61,323 nucleotides of DNA from a virus (lineage: Duplodnaviria > Caudoviricetes), in IMG/VR virus record IMGVR_UViG_3300044714_000062, positions 1 to 61,323 of that record, one strand, 5' to 3'. The position numbers were made by a program, and so were the translations under genes. Of this stretch, positions 8,799 through 18,648 are shown piece by piece (positions within the stretch are counted from its first letter, which is position 1; each line of letters opens with the position of its first letter). The notes beneath the pieces are model-generated. The model was given only the letters and a program-made list of their open reading frames with translations, did not search any database and was not told the DNA's origin.

Positions 8799-9158
8799 TC
8801 AGTGGGCAGTAAGCACAGCTACGACTAGGTAGCTCACGCTGCCGAGGACACCCGCGACCACAGCGCCGACCACGGCGAACGTGAGGCCCTGTCGCCAGGT
8901 CAACCTTCGGCTGCTCGCCACGTCCGCAGCCTTGATGCGCGCGGCCTCTAGTTCCGTAGCGCGTTCTTCGTCGCGCTTGATAAGCGCCAGTTCGATCGTG
9001 TGATCTTTCACGGTGCCATTCGTTTTCTGCGCGAGCGTCCGGGTCTCTTCCCCGGTCTGCTCGATTGCCTTCAGTCTCTCGCCCTCCCAAGCCCTGTGCT
9101 GCGCGGTCGCCTGCTCCTGTGCCTCCAACCGTGCTTCCAGCTTCCCTATGCCTAGCAT
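8799..9158 (-). CDS. Coiled-coil protein with C-terminal TM (lysis accessory)
   Basis: TGATG coupling; KTNGTV motif; C-terminal hydrophobic helix. Confidence 0.65.
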   Translation of the reverse strand: MLGIGKLEARLEAQEQATAQHRAWEGERLKAIEQTGEETRTLAQKTNGTVKDHTIELALIKRDEERATELEAARIKAADVASSRRLTWRQGLTFAVVGAVVAGVLGSVSYLVVAVLTAH

Positions 9159-9475
9159 CAGGGTCCCGGCAGCGTGATCGTGTATGCCCATTCCCTGACA
9201 CGCTCCAGGTACGGCCCCACGCCCCCGCGTAGAAACGCCTGGATCGTCGCCGTGGCTGTCACGGTACCCGGACCTGGAGTCACCCGGAGCGGGATGCTCA
9301 CCCCGCAGTCCACGCGGGTACGCGCGACTCGCTGGCATGACGTCGCTGTGCCCCCCTGCGTGACCACATAGCGCTGGATCGCCGCGTGAGCGTGGGAGGT
9401 CGTCAGATAGGGCTTTGATGCCCAGGCTCCCGCTACCCCTAGAATGAGGATGGAAAGGATTGTGCGCTTGGGCAT
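9158..9475 (-). CDS. Secreted hypothetical protein
   Basis: Signal-peptide-like N-terminus; Cys pair. Confidence 0.55.
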   Translation of the reverse strand: MPKRTILSILILGVAGAWASKPYLTTSHAHAAIQRYVVTQGGTATSCQRVARTRVDCGVSIPLRVTPGPGTVTATATIQAFLRGGVGPYLERVREWAYTITLPGP

Positions 9476-9921
9476 CAGGATGCAGCTATAACGAGAACGG
9501 AGAACGCAACCTGTATCTTTTCAGCGGTGGCCGCGTTTGTGGTGGCGATTTCGAAATATTCAGTTTTCTGGGCCACGAGAGACGCCACGCGATTATCCGT
9601 AAGCCCGTTCACAGTAGCAAGAGCCAAGTATCTGGCGCTAGTCTTGGCAGTTTTGAAAGTGACCTTATATAGGCCCATTTCCGGGTTAGTCACCGTGAAA
9701 TCACCGGAGCTATTTTCTATGGCCCCACTTGCGCCTATTGCCGCCCATGACAGAAAGTTGGGCGAGTTCGCCCCGCCCTCCAGGAGAACCGCACGCCCAT
9801 ATAGTACTTCATCGATCTTTTCCGCGAGCTTTTTGAACCCTGTCCCGATGTCATGAATCGGGTTTTTTCCCGTCAACGCCGGGAGTTTGAAGTGCGTACT
9901 TTCAAAGTATTCTTCGGGCAT
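9475..9921 (-). CDS. Short tail fibre / receptor-binding protein
   Basis: N-terminal KLP..DI..FKKLAEKID anchor; beta-rich C-terminus; follows the baseplate wedge gene. Confidence 0.6.
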   Translation of the reverse strand: MPEEYFESTHFKLPALTGKNPIHDIGTGFKKLAEKIDEVLYGRAVLLEGGANSPNFLSWAAIGASGAIENSSGDFTVTNPEMGLYKVTFKTAKTSARYLALATVNGLTDNRVASLVAQKTEYFEIATTNAATAEKIQVAFSVLVIAAS

Positions 9922-11072
9922 CAAGTCACCTGGGCTAGTGTTGCGGTGAGTATTTCGGCGCTGACTTCTTCGATCAACAGCGTACCCTCGTCAATGTACG
10001 GGTCGGTCTGCAACGGTTCTTCCGTGACCACGTATTCCGGAACGAGCCCCGCGGGCTTTGTGCCTTTCACATACCCATCGAGCTGCGTTGTGTTGCCTTC
10101 CGGGACTAGCTGCTGCGGATGGCACAAGACCGTGAAGTAGTAGGCGTTCGATTCACCGTTTGCCTTCTCGCGTGGCAGAAGTTCATACTGCGTAGCAATA
10201 TTGATCAGCGTTAGGGGCTCGGGGGGTGTGGCTGCCGTGAAGCCGGGACCCGTATCCGTGTATTCCGTGACCGCCCCAACTTCATGGACGACGCTCTCCC
10301 CGCCCGGTGTGCTGCCGCGGTACACCCGGTAGTTAGTCGCGCTGGGTACCGCAGACCATTTCAGTTTAGCTTTCCATTTGTTCGTCCCGCCAGCGTCAAA
10401 GCTCCGCTCGTTCGAGACCCCCGTCTCCACGCCCGCCACGATCGCGGTGATGGTGTAGTAGTAGAGGCCGGGGCCGAGTTCGCCTCCCGTTTCGCTCGCG
10501 CTGATAGGTTCCAAGGTTGGTGGTGTAACACCACTCGGGATGACGAACGTTGCCCCTGAGGTGAATGTCTCCGTTACTTCGTAGCACAGCAGGGAGCCCG
10601 GTGTGGATTCGTGCCGGACCAACTGCCCTTCCAAGTATTCCGTGTCCGGCGCCCAGAACCGGCTGATACCGCGTTCGATCGCTGCCTTCACGGAGGCTTC
10701 GGTGCCGCGTTCTAGGCCGCTCTCGGCTTTGATGAGCGCCCGCGCTTCCGCTTCGGTCACGCCGGTCGGGAGGATCACTCCGACATACATTGCTAGGTAT
10801 GGCAGCGCACTGGCTGGCGCCGTGGTGACGTCTAGTAGTGTCCCCCATGCTGGCGTGTAGTTAGGCGAGCCATCTTCCCCCGATTCTGCGGCGAGCACTT
10901 CGACGGGTTCGAACATCGTCGCGAGCGAACGCAGGTAACGGTCAAGGTCGGTGCTTCCGACGATAGGCGGCCCCGTGTCCCACGGCTCCATGCGGGCGAT
11001 GAGGCGTTCAGCGAAGGGCGAGAGGCCCCCAATCGTAAAGGGGATAACGAGGTCTTCAGAGAGGGTGGGCAT
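9921..11072 (-). CDS. Baseplate wedge protein (P2 gpI-like) with CBM-like and Fn3 insertions
   Basis: APASALPYLAMYVG..RGT..; C-terminal KPAG; inserted WAPDTEY..GQLV and YYYTITA..LKWSAV..YRVYR..YTDTG. Confidence 0.75.
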   Translation of the reverse strand: MPTLSEDLVIPFTIGGLSPFAERLIARMEPWDTGPPIVGSTDLDRYLRSLATMFEPVEVLAAESGEDGSPNYTPAWGTLLDVTTAPASALPYLAMYVGVILPTGVTEAEARALIKAESGLERGTEASVKAAIERGISRFWAPDTEYLEGQLVRHESTPGSLLCYEVTETFTSGATFVIPSGVTPPTLEPISASETGGELGPGLYYYTITAIVAGVETGVSNERSFDAGGTNKWKAKLKWSAVPSATNYRVYRGSTPGGESVVHEVGAVTEYTDTGPGFTAATPPEPLTLINIATQYELLPREKANGESNAYYFTVLCHPQQLVPEGNTTQLDGYVKGTKPAGLVPEYVVTEEPLQTDPYIDEGTLLIEEVSAEILTATLAQVT

Positions 11073-12548
11073 CTATAGTTCCTGGTAGAGTACTTCATCT
11101 TCGATAGTGAAGTGTTCCCCGCTGACCTTCCATTTCCAGCCAGGGGGAACAAGAAAAGTCAGCGTCTGGATGACGTACCCCGCGTTCGTTGACTGCTGCT
11201 CCGCCAACCCTACTTCGATCTCGGCCGCACCTTCGATATTTTTGATGTACGCCTGCGCGTAGGCAAGTTTGCCACCTTCCAACTTGACCTGGACCGACAC
11301 CAGCACCGGGTATTCCGTGCTCGCCACAACTTCTTTATTGACTTCCCCCGCCACGGTGCGAGGTCCGTTAGCGACACCCGCCGGAGGCCAGCCCGCGATA
11401 GCGACATTGGAGATAGAGGTCCTGCGGGCCACAGCATAAGCCGTCAGGGTCGTGCCCGCAGGCTTACCGTATATCCCCCAGCCCGTCGAACTGTTGTTGT
11501 AGATCAGGACGCCTTTCAGCCATCCTTCGCCATAGTATTCCCATGCTTTTTCTAGGATCTGCTTAGTTTTTTCTGCTTGTTCTTCTTCCTTGATCGCTTC
11601 CGTGCCCCCCGAGAGGGTTTCGCGGTTATACCCACACTCCGTCACGTACATGTTGTTAGCGGCCACCGCCCCCTGTGACACAAGAATGGCGTGGGCCGAT
11701 GCGGCTGCCGCGAACCCGAAGTCTTGTCCACCGTAGACATTCTGGGATGTGTTGCTGCCGTACCCGTGGAAGCTGTAGGTGTTGACCTTTTTCTTGCCTT
11801 CCGGCCATGCGGCGAAGAAGTCCACGATCCAGCCTTCGCCTTTGCTCGGGCTCGACACCGACCCTTCCACATTTTCGGAGGTCTTCTTCGTGTAGCTCCC
11901 CCAGGTGAAAACCGACAACGACGGCATCACCGCGATCGTTTTGGCGGTAACCGCCGCTTCGACATAGGCATATACTTCCTTGCAGATTTCGGCGTATTCT
12001 TTCGCGTTGCTGCCTTTCGGCCCATTTGGGGAATAGTAGGGCTCGTTGATGATCTCCCACAAGGTAGCCGTGGGATGAGCGGCCATCGTTTCTTCGATGA
12101 GTTTCGCGGCGGCTTTCCCGAAGTTTTTCGCGTTGATTTTCCCCAGGTACACTTCCGCGTCGATCTGGATGACGGGCGTCAAGCCAGCGGTCAACCGTTC
12201 GCCGACGGCTGTAATGAACGATGCGACGCTGCTTTTCCCTTCGCCTTCCATTTTTTCCGTGGTGTTGTTCCACACCGCAACGATGGAACCACCACGATCA
12301 CCCACGACATTTTTCCCCGTCCAATATGCATGGTCGTTGAAAGCGCCGTTGACACCAAAAAGGAAGGGCGCGCCACTGGGAGCCCCCGATGACACGATAG
12401 CTTCCACTTCGGCTTTCGACAGGCCACTTTTCGCTAGGGCTTCTTCAGCCGCCGTTTTGGCTTCCTGGACGCCTTCCTCTAGGTTATTCACTTCGGCAGC
12501 ATTCCACTGCGTGACACGTTCAATCGCTTTTCTGAAAGACCACGCCAT
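11073..12548 (-). CDS. Virion-associated clan GH-A glycoside hydrolase
   Basis: WEIINEP (acid/base), SFHGY, VTECGY (nucleophile); N-terminal fibre-anchor motif. Confidence 0.75.
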   Translation of the reverse strand: MAWSFRKAIERVTQWNAAEVNNLEEGVQEAKTAAEEALAKSGLSKAEVEAIVSSGAPSGAPFLFGVNGAFNDHAYWTGKNVVGDRGGSIVAVWNNTTEKMEGEGKSSVASFITAVGERLTAGLTPVIQIDAEVYLGKINAKNFGKAAAKLIEETMAAHPTATLWEIINEPYYSPNGPKGSNAKEYAEICKEVYAYVEAAVTAKTIAVMPSLSVFTWGSYTKKTSENVEGSVSSPSKGEGWIVDFFAAWPEGKKKVNTYSFHGYGSNTSQNVYGGQDFGFAAAASAHAILVSQGAVAANNMYVTECGYNRETLSGGTEAIKEEEQAEKTKQILEKAWEYYGEGWLKGVLIYNNSSTGWGIYGKPAGTTLTAYAVARRTSISNVAIAGWPPAGVANGPRTVAGEVNKEVVASTEYPVLVSVQVKLEGGKLAYAQAYIKNIEGAAEIEVGLAEQQSTNAGYVIQTLTFLVPPGWKWKVSGEHFTIEDEVLYQEL

Positions 12549-12557
12549 CACACACCC

Positions 12558-13799
12558 CTATTCAGCGGTCACGAGTACATACGAGTTTTCTGTCTCGGGC
12601 AACGGCGCTTCGCCCGTGAGCGTGATGTCCGCTGTCCCGGACGGCGAAGCCGATGTGCCCGTTTTCAATCCTTCCGAGCCCGCGAACACGTATGCAACGC
12701 CCTGCGTGCGCTCGATTAGGCCGATGATCTGGTTATATCGCACGATCCCATAGCCCTGGGTGGCGTTCAGCCAGGAGTTAGCGCCGGTGGTTGCGGCTTC
12801 GGGGTTCCCCCATGTTTCCGCGCTCAGGTAGGAGACGATCGCTGCTTTCACGTTAGCTTCGACAGAGACCGTACTGTAGTTCGGGAGAACCTTGACCTTT
12901 GTCGTCACATACACTTTGGTATATGTGGGTGGTTCTACGAACACCACAAAGTTAAGCTCACGGAAGCCCTCAAGGTATTCCTTGATCGCTTTGCGGGCTT
13001 CCACCGCGTGCGTTTCGGTTTCTGCCGTAGGCGTATCGTTCCTGATCTTCACGAACACGCAGACGGTGCGCTCGTTTTCGCTGGTTTTCGTTTCTGGGTT
13101 GTACCCGTCGATCGCGGTCGCCCGGCTAATCTCCACCCCTGTCGGGAGGAGCGAGCTAGGGGCCACCAGCGCCATTTCGGCGAAGTTCGCCGCGGTGATA
13201 GGCCGGGGTGCCTGCAATACAAGCTCCGCCGCCAGCCGCGACTGGTATTCTTCGTCGGTTTCCTGGTCCACCCCACCGGAGGATTCCCCGACGATTTTGA
13301 CTTCGCTGACCCAGTCGATCGCGTCCACGAGCTGGATGGTTTCTTTCAACCCATTGTATTCCGTGCCGCGTTCAGCGGCCACGAGCTGCACGGTGGCGGA
13401 CGATTCACCTTTAGCGACTTTGACTTCGCTTTCGACATAGAACGCGAGTTCGCCGATCGTTAGCTGCGTCCCAGCTTCAATGATCCGAGCGGGGTATTCG
13501 CCGCCTTCTTCGAGTAGCGTCCATTTCGTATTGCATGTCGCGTTCGCGCCTTCGTTATAGGCAACGCCGAGTAGTTCGGTGCCGTATTTACGGAAGATCG
13601 CCGGAGGCACGACCGCCGCGACATTCGCCGCGTAGGACGCCATGAGCGAGATTGCGCCAATCTGAATGATCTCAAGGTCGCTGTCGTTCGGTTCCCAGCC
13701 GACGACACCCCGCGCTTCGAGTTCTTCTTTGAGCTTTTCGACCGCGAGATCCGCGAGCTGCTGCGCGCTAGTCGTGATCTGAACTTCGAGGTAGCTCAC
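12558..13799 (-). CDS. Baseplate J-like protein
   Basis: IIEAGT; GTEYNG; GGVDQETDEEYQSRL..RPITAANF. Confidence 0.9.
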   Translation of the reverse strand: MSYLEVQITTSAQQLADLAVEKLKEELEARGVVGWEPNDSDLEIIQIGAISLMASYAANVAAVVPPAIFRKYGTELLGVAYNEGANATCNTKWTLLEEGGEYPARIIEAGTQLTIGELAFYVESEVKVAKGESSATVQLVAAERGTEYNGLKETIQLVDAIDWVSEVKIVGESSGGVDQETDEEYQSRLAAELVLQAPRPITAANFAEMALVAPSSLLPTGVEISRATAIDGYNPETKTSENERTVCVFVKIRNDTPTAETETHAVEARKAIKEYLEGFRELNFVVFVEPPTYTKVYVTTKVKVLPNYSTVSVEANVKAAIVSYLSAETWGNPEAATTGANSWLNATQGYGIVRYNQIIGLIERTQGVAYVFAGSEGLKTGTSASPSGTADITLTGEAPLPETENSYVLVTAE

Positions 13800-14095
13800 G
13801 GGACCCCCACCACGATCTGACGGTCAGCCGGTATCAGCCCTTCGAGTTCCTGCGCTGTGACCTCGATCCCTGTCCAGCGTTCCACGGCAGCCCGGAACGG
13901 CCCGAGTTCCAACGGGACGATGCCGAACAGCAATGACGGCGCCCCGTATTCAGGGAGGTCTTCCCTGAAGCCTTCTTCGCAGACCAGCACGTTCAGGACA
14001 CGCATCGCGTTGCCTTCCGGGGAGCCCTGCACGGTCGTCCTGGCGCGGCCCTGCGCGTTGAACGCGAACGGCGACGAGAAGTGCTGCGGTTCCAT
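13796..14095 (-). CDS. Baseplate gpW/gp25-like protein
   Basis: HFSSPF..QGS..GFREDLPEYG pattern; upstream of J. Confidence 0.75.
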   Translation of the reverse strand: MEPQHFSSPFAFNAQGRARTTVQGSPEGNAMRVLNVLVCEEGFREDLPEYGAPSLLFGIVPLELGPFRAAVERWTGIEVTAQELEGLIPADRQIVVGVP

Positions 14096-14105
14096 GCGCC
14101 CCCCT

Positions 14106-14387
14106 TTATGAGTGCGGGCCGTCCCACCAGACGACCTTCGGGACCTGTTCCCCGTCAAAGACGACCGTCATCGGGGTCCCCTGGATGGGGAGCGTGTTGC
14201 CGTGGATCGCGGGCCACGCTAGGGGGCCTACGGGGCGTTCGGTGGAGTGTTCGGGGAGGATCACCCACACCGGGTCTTCGAAGGTCGCGGGGGCTGGTTT
14301 GCTGGTGCTGACGTAGCCTGTGGCGACCGGGTACTGTTCGATCGCGCCGGGGGGGTTCGGGAGCCCGTGGAGCTTGCGAGGGTCCAT
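14106..14387 (-). CDS. Minimal baseplate spike (gpV OB-fold-like)
   Basis: VWVILP..GP..W..LP.QG..VVFD; synteny. Confidence 0.6.
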   Translation of the reverse strand: MDPRKLHGLPNPPGAIEQYPVATGYVSTSKPAPATFEDPVWVILPEHSTERPVGPLAWPAIHGNTLPIQGTPMTVVFDGEQVPKVVWWDGPHS

Positions 14388-14493
14388 CGGTGGCTCCTTC
14401 GTTCCATACTCTGATACGCTCCCCGGCCAACATCAAGCGCCCCGGCGGCGATGGCACGCCCCGGGGCCGACCGGAACCCCTGGAGGTCCCGAC

Positions 14494-15381
14494 ATGCCCA
14501 AGCTAGCAGCAGCACTACTCGCAGTACCGTTAGTCGCCGCCCTCTCCGGCTGCGGCGTTACGACGATCAAGACGAGTGCCCACGCATCGAGGGCATCCAG
14601 CTCCGGAACGACCGCGACCAAGGCACCCTCGGGTCCATTGACGATCGGGAGCACCGCGACTCTCTCGGGCGAGAGCGAAGGCGAAAAGCTCGAAGTGACC
14701 CTCCTTCGCTTCGCTCCTCACATCAGCGGCGGCGAATACGACGAACCATCGGCTGGGATGCAGTACGTCGGCATCACGCTACGCATCCGCAATATTGGAA
14801 GCGCCGCATACTCCGACTCCCCGTCCAACGGCGCCACTGTCCTATCGTCCACCGGACGCCCCGGCAAGACGGCCCTCCTGACCTCGGGCGAATGCGGTGA
14901 ATCCTTCGCTACGCGTGTCAACATCCCACCTGGCGAAGCGCAGGAAGGCTGCATCCCATTCGAAGTGCCAGAAGGGACAGAAGTCGCCAAGGTTCAGTGG
15001 ACACCGAGCAGCGGCTTCTCCGAAGAAACCGCAGAGTGGCAGCTACACGACCCCCAAGCCGCACCCGTCTCCGAAGACGGTCCAGGCACCGGATCGGGTG
15101 CCAAAAGCTGCGGCGAACAGCTCAGTGGAAGCGAAAACGCCTCATGCCCCTTCGCTAAGGCCGTACTCACGGCGTTCGTCGAACGACTCGCTGAAGAAAA
15201 CGCACCGCCTAAGAGCGTCTCGGCCTACAGTTCCGTCACTGGTAAGCACTACACCCTCTCATGCGCCCTAGTTGAGAGCGGCGCCGAGGTCGAGTGCTCG
15301 ACACCTGGAAGTTCCGGCGCTACTGTCACCTTCCCTTTCCTCGCCGCCCAGGAAATCCGCGTCGAATCAGAAGGGGGTTGA
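14494..15381 (+). CDS. Lipoprotein with DUF4352-like Ig domain
   Basis: Lipobox LSGC; IG.TATL..YVGITLRIRNIG..IPPGE..G.IPFEVP; C-terminal SCPFA..V..YS.VTG..Y...C domain. Confidence 0.8.
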   Translation: MPKLAAALLAVPLVAALSGCGVTTIKTSAHASRASSSGTTATKAPSGPLTIGSTATLSGESEGEKLEVTLLRFAPHISGGEYDEPSAGMQYVGITLRIRNIGSAAYSDSPSNGATVLSSTGRPGKTALLTSGECGESFATRVNIPPGEAQEGCIPFEVPEGTEVAKVQWTPSSGFSEETAEWQLHDPQAAPVSEDGPGTGSGAKSCGEQLSGSENASCPFAKAVLTAFVERLAEENAPPKSVSAYSSVTGKHYTLSCALVESGAEVECSTPGSSGATVTFPFLAAQEIRVESEGG

Positions 15382-15386
15382 TCCCA

Positions 15387-15740
15387 ATGGGCTTTCGTGA
15401 GTCGGTCAAGCAGCGCGCGGAAGAGAAAGCCAACACCTTCGGCCAAGTGCGTCTCTACGGCGGGAAGGTCTTCAACGAAAAGACCAGTGAGGGTGGGTGG
15501 GTCAAGGGCGCTCAGGCGACGGTCGAGACCTCGGGCCAGCTCGAAAAGCGCGTCACGGTCACTCGGCTCGTGACCCTCAATATCCTCGCCTTCGGCCTGC
15601 GCAAGAAGAAGGATTCGCGTCAGCTCTTTCTCACCGTCGAAGGGGAGGACTTCGCGTTTGTTGTCGAGGTCGATCCGAAGCGCGAGCGGCAGGCCCGCGA
15701 GTTTGCGGCGAAGATCAACACGGCGGCTCGCCAGGGCTAG
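15387..15740 (+). CDS. Hypothetical protein (single hydrophobic patch)
   Basis: KRVTVTRL..LAFGLRKKKD..LFLTVE..AREFAAKIN. Confidence 0.65.
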   Translation: MGFRESVKQRAEEKANTFGQVRLYGGKVFNEKTSEGGWVKGAQATVETSGQLEKRVTVTRLVTLNILAFGLRKKKDSRQLFLTVEGEDFAFVVEVDPKRERQAREFAAKINTAARQG

Positions 15741-17791
15741 CTCTTGACTTCGTAGTAGCCGAGCAGGTCCGGGCGGTAGTCGGCTTCGAGTTCGGTCGGG
15801 TCGCCTTCTTGGCCCATGCTGATGACCTTCCCGCCGCCGATGTAGAGCGTCACGTGGAGCGTGTGGGCTTCGCTCGAACCGTAGAAACAGAACGCCCCCG
15901 GTTTGGGGTTGCTGACCTTCTTGCAGTTCGCGATCATCGTCGAGGTGTCGCCGATCGGGGTGTAGTCTTTGTTGGAGGGGTCCGGGAGGCCAGCGGCCTT
16001 GTAGTCGAGCGTGCAGAACGCGGAGCAGTCCATTGTGCGCGGCGATGGTCCGAACAGCGTCCCGTTGTTTTCGCGCGCTGGGATTTCCTCCGTGTACCTG
16101 TAAATGTGTTTTTCCTGCTGTTCTTTCAACGCCTTCTTTGCGGCTTCTACGGCCGAGTTCGCGGAGCCTTCCGCGCCTGGTTCTTTCGCGGTGCTCGTTT
16201 TTTCTGTGGCTTCCGGCTCCGGCAATGGCGCAACCGGGGGCTCCAACGTGAACGTGGTGAACGTGTCTTTGAGACAGTTGCGCGTAGCGTCGGTTACGAT
16301 CCAGCGTTTGTTGATCGGCCCAGACCCCACGAATTCAAAGACATCCCCAGCACGGTAGTCTTCCGGGGCGCACACCAGGTTGAGTTTGATCTCGGATGGT
16401 GTAGATGGTTTGCTAATCCTCGACTTGCGCTGCGTGCGACCTTTCAGAGCATGTGTCGCGCGGTATTCGAAAGCGGTGTTGTCGAAGTTCGCTGTGAGCG
16501 GAACCGCTATCGCCCCGGCCTGCTCAACCTTATGGCCCTTCACATCGCGGTAGACAAGGTTTTCCGGGACGTTCAGGAACAGCGAGACGGCCTGGTCACG
16601 GAGAGAGGGGCCATCCATGTAGAACAGGGTGTCGCCATTGCTGAACGCGAACCACGCGACCTGCTGCGCCAACCGGGTGATGCATTCCCATGAGTCTTCG
16701 TCGGGGTTGCTCGTGCTGCCGCGTTTGAGCTGCTTCACGTCGGATTCCCCTGTGGCCTTCTTGCCGAGCGTTACGCCGCCGTAGGCGTGGACGATCACTT
16801 CCGCCTCAGCCTTGTATGAGTTGAAACCAGCTTCGGTGCCGCCGCCCTCTACTTCAAAGGCGACCTTTCCAGCAGACCACGATGGGTTTTTCTGAGCCAG
16901 CCCTATGCCGCCGCCCCGCCCGTAATAGCCCGTCTCCAGCCAGTATTCTGCCGTGGCCTGTGTGTCCTGCGGGTCAAGGCCGGTATTTTTCGCCGTGTCT
17001 GGTTCAAGCTGGAAGACGCCTTCCGCGTCAGTTTCGGACTTCGCGGTCGGCCTGAAGCTCGATTCCGCTATGGCGGCCTCGACAATCGCGAGCGTTGCGA
17101 GCGGCCCAGCGATCTTGAGGTTGCAAACCCCCATGACGGTGTTGATCGCTTTGATCTGTTCCATGTCGGGCTTCGTGCCCTTGACCGTCACCGCCGATGC
17201 GGCGCTGACCGCCCGCGTCTTGTTGGCTTTCGCCTTCGCGGTTTCAGCGGACGCTTCCGTTTCAAGTTCTCCTTCTACCTTTGTTTCCACTGGCTGCTGC
17301 ACATTTAGTTCGGGGCACACAAACCGGATCGCGGGCTCCTTGCCGGATACCCCCACTTCGTCCACAAGCGCCTTTACGAACTGTGCGCGGGTCGTCGTAC
17401 CCGGTGGCACGTTCCGCCCCCCCCACTTCTTACGCAGCCGCCCGATGATCTTATCCTCAAACGTCAGAATCAAATTGGGTTGCGTCACATCGTTAGTGAT
17501 TTCAATAGCGCAGAGCACCCAAAGCCAACCGGACTTTTCGGGAAATTCAACTTCGATTTCGTCCAGCAACCCTTCTTCCGTCACCTCCAGCCAGCCCGAT
17601 GTCGCCAGCACCCAATATGGGTCGATGCAGTGGACTTTGATGAACGAGGCGCCCGCGATCTGGGTCTCTAGTTCGATCTCGCTAATAGAGCTAGCGAGCT
17701 GCTTAGCATCCGGTGTTTGGCCCTTCGCGGACTTTACCATCGCCGTAGCGACAAAGCTGCTGACGAGCTGGGAGCTTAGGGGTTCGCTCAT
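15737..17791 (-). CDS. Baseplate hub / tail lysin with transglycosylase-like and NlpC/P60 domains
   Basis: AIAESSF..GVFQL; C-terminal DCSAF..HVTLYIGGG. Confidence 0.8.
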   Translation of the reverse strand: MSEPLSSQLVSSFVATAMVKSAKGQTPDAKQLASSISEIELETQIAGASFIKVHCIDPYWVLATSGWLEVTEEGLLDEIEVEFPEKSGWLWVLCAIEITNDVTQPNLILTFEDKIIGRLRKKWGGRNVPPGTTTRAQFVKALVDEVGVSGKEPAIRFVCPELNVQQPVETKVEGELETEASAETAKAKANKTRAVSAASAVTVKGTKPDMEQIKAINTVMGVCNLKIAGPLATLAIVEAAIAESSFRPTAKSETDAEGVFQLEPDTAKNTGLDPQDTQATAEYWLETGYYGRGGGIGLAQKNPSWSAGKVAFEVEGGGTEAGFNSYKAEAEVIVHAYGGVTLGKKATGESDVKQLKRGSTSNPDEDSWECITRLAQQVAWFAFSNGDTLFYMDGPSLRDQAVSLFLNVPENLVYRDVKGHKVEQAGAIAVPLTANFDNTAFEYRATHALKGRTQRKSRISKPSTPSEIKLNLVCAPEDYRAGDVFEFVGSGPINKRWIVTDATRNCLKDTFTTFTLEPPVAPLPEPEATEKTSTAKEPGAEGSANSAVEAAKKALKEQQEKHIYRYTEEIPARENNGTLFGPSPRTMDCSAFCTLDYKAAGLPDPSNKDYTPIGDTSTMIANCKKVSNPKPGAFCFYGSSEAHTLHVTLYIGGGKVISMGQEGDPTELEADYRPDLLGYYEVKS

Positions 17792-18648
17792 AGCTGCATC
17801 GCCGTCTGTGGCACCTTGACCCTCGTGCCTCGCTTCAAACGCTTGTCGGGCCTCGATCCGATCGCACGGTTCCCCGCGTTCGCCTTGACGAGTTCACTGA
17901 TTGCCGTCGCGCTCTTACAGTAGTATGCGGCGATTTCGCCAAGGGACCTGTACCGGCCGTCCACCGGGACCGTCACCGTTTCGTACTGGTGTTCAGCTTT
18001 TTCTCGCGCCTTCGCTCGCGCGGCAGCAGAGTTCAGGCCCACATCATAGGCGGGTTGGACGAACTCCGTGAGCGTGACGACGCAAGCCTGCCTAACGCGG
18101 CTGCCTTCGTTGTCGCGCAGTACGCCAGTCCCTACCGTCCGGTCCCATTCGATGCCCGTCCCCGACGAGGCTGAGACCACCCACTTGAGGGTCGGCGTCT
18201 GGTACTGGTAGGGGACAAGTAGCGTCTCCTTGCCATCGCTCGCAACGCTATGGATCTGCACGAGCGGGCTGTTGCCTTCCCCCGGCGTCCCGACGCCGCC
18301 TTCCTGCGGTGTTTTGAACTTCACGCCACGGCCCGCCATCCATTCCAGCGCCTGCATATCTTCCTCGATGCTCCCAGGATGCCCGCGCCACCGTTCGCTC
18401 GCCGCCCGCATTTCTGCCGTCGATTCGTCAAACAGCAACGGGACGGTGATCGCCATTGGTTCATAGCCTTCAAGAACTGTGATCGACTTGCGCTGCGGCC
18501 GTTTCACGCGGGCGTAGATCGCGTACCCTTCGATGGCCTCGATCGCTTCGTTGTTAGCCAAAGCCCAGAAGTCGTTTTTTTCTCCACGGCCAGCGAGGTT
18601 TGTGTTTTCACCAAGGAAGTGGATGGCGCGGCGTGTCAGTCCGCTCAT
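17788..18648 (-). CDS. Tail tube initiator / LysM-domain protein
   Basis: C-terminal SLGEIA..Y..LVKAN..LKRGTRVKVP. Confidence 0.7.
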   Translation of the reverse strand: MSGLTRRAIHFLGENTNLAGRGEKNDFWALANNEAIEAIEGYAIYARVKRPQRKSITVLEGYEPMAITVPLLFDESTAEMRAASERWRGHPGSIEEDMQALEWMAGRGVKFKTPQEGGVGTPGEGNSPLVQIHSVASDGKETLLVPYQYQTPTLKWVVSASSGTGIEWDRTVGTGVLRDNEGSRVRQACVVTLTEFVQPAYDVGLNSAAARAKAREKAEHQYETVTVPVDGRYRSLGEIAAYYCKSATAISELVKANAGNRAIGSRPDKRLKRGTRVKVPQTAMQL

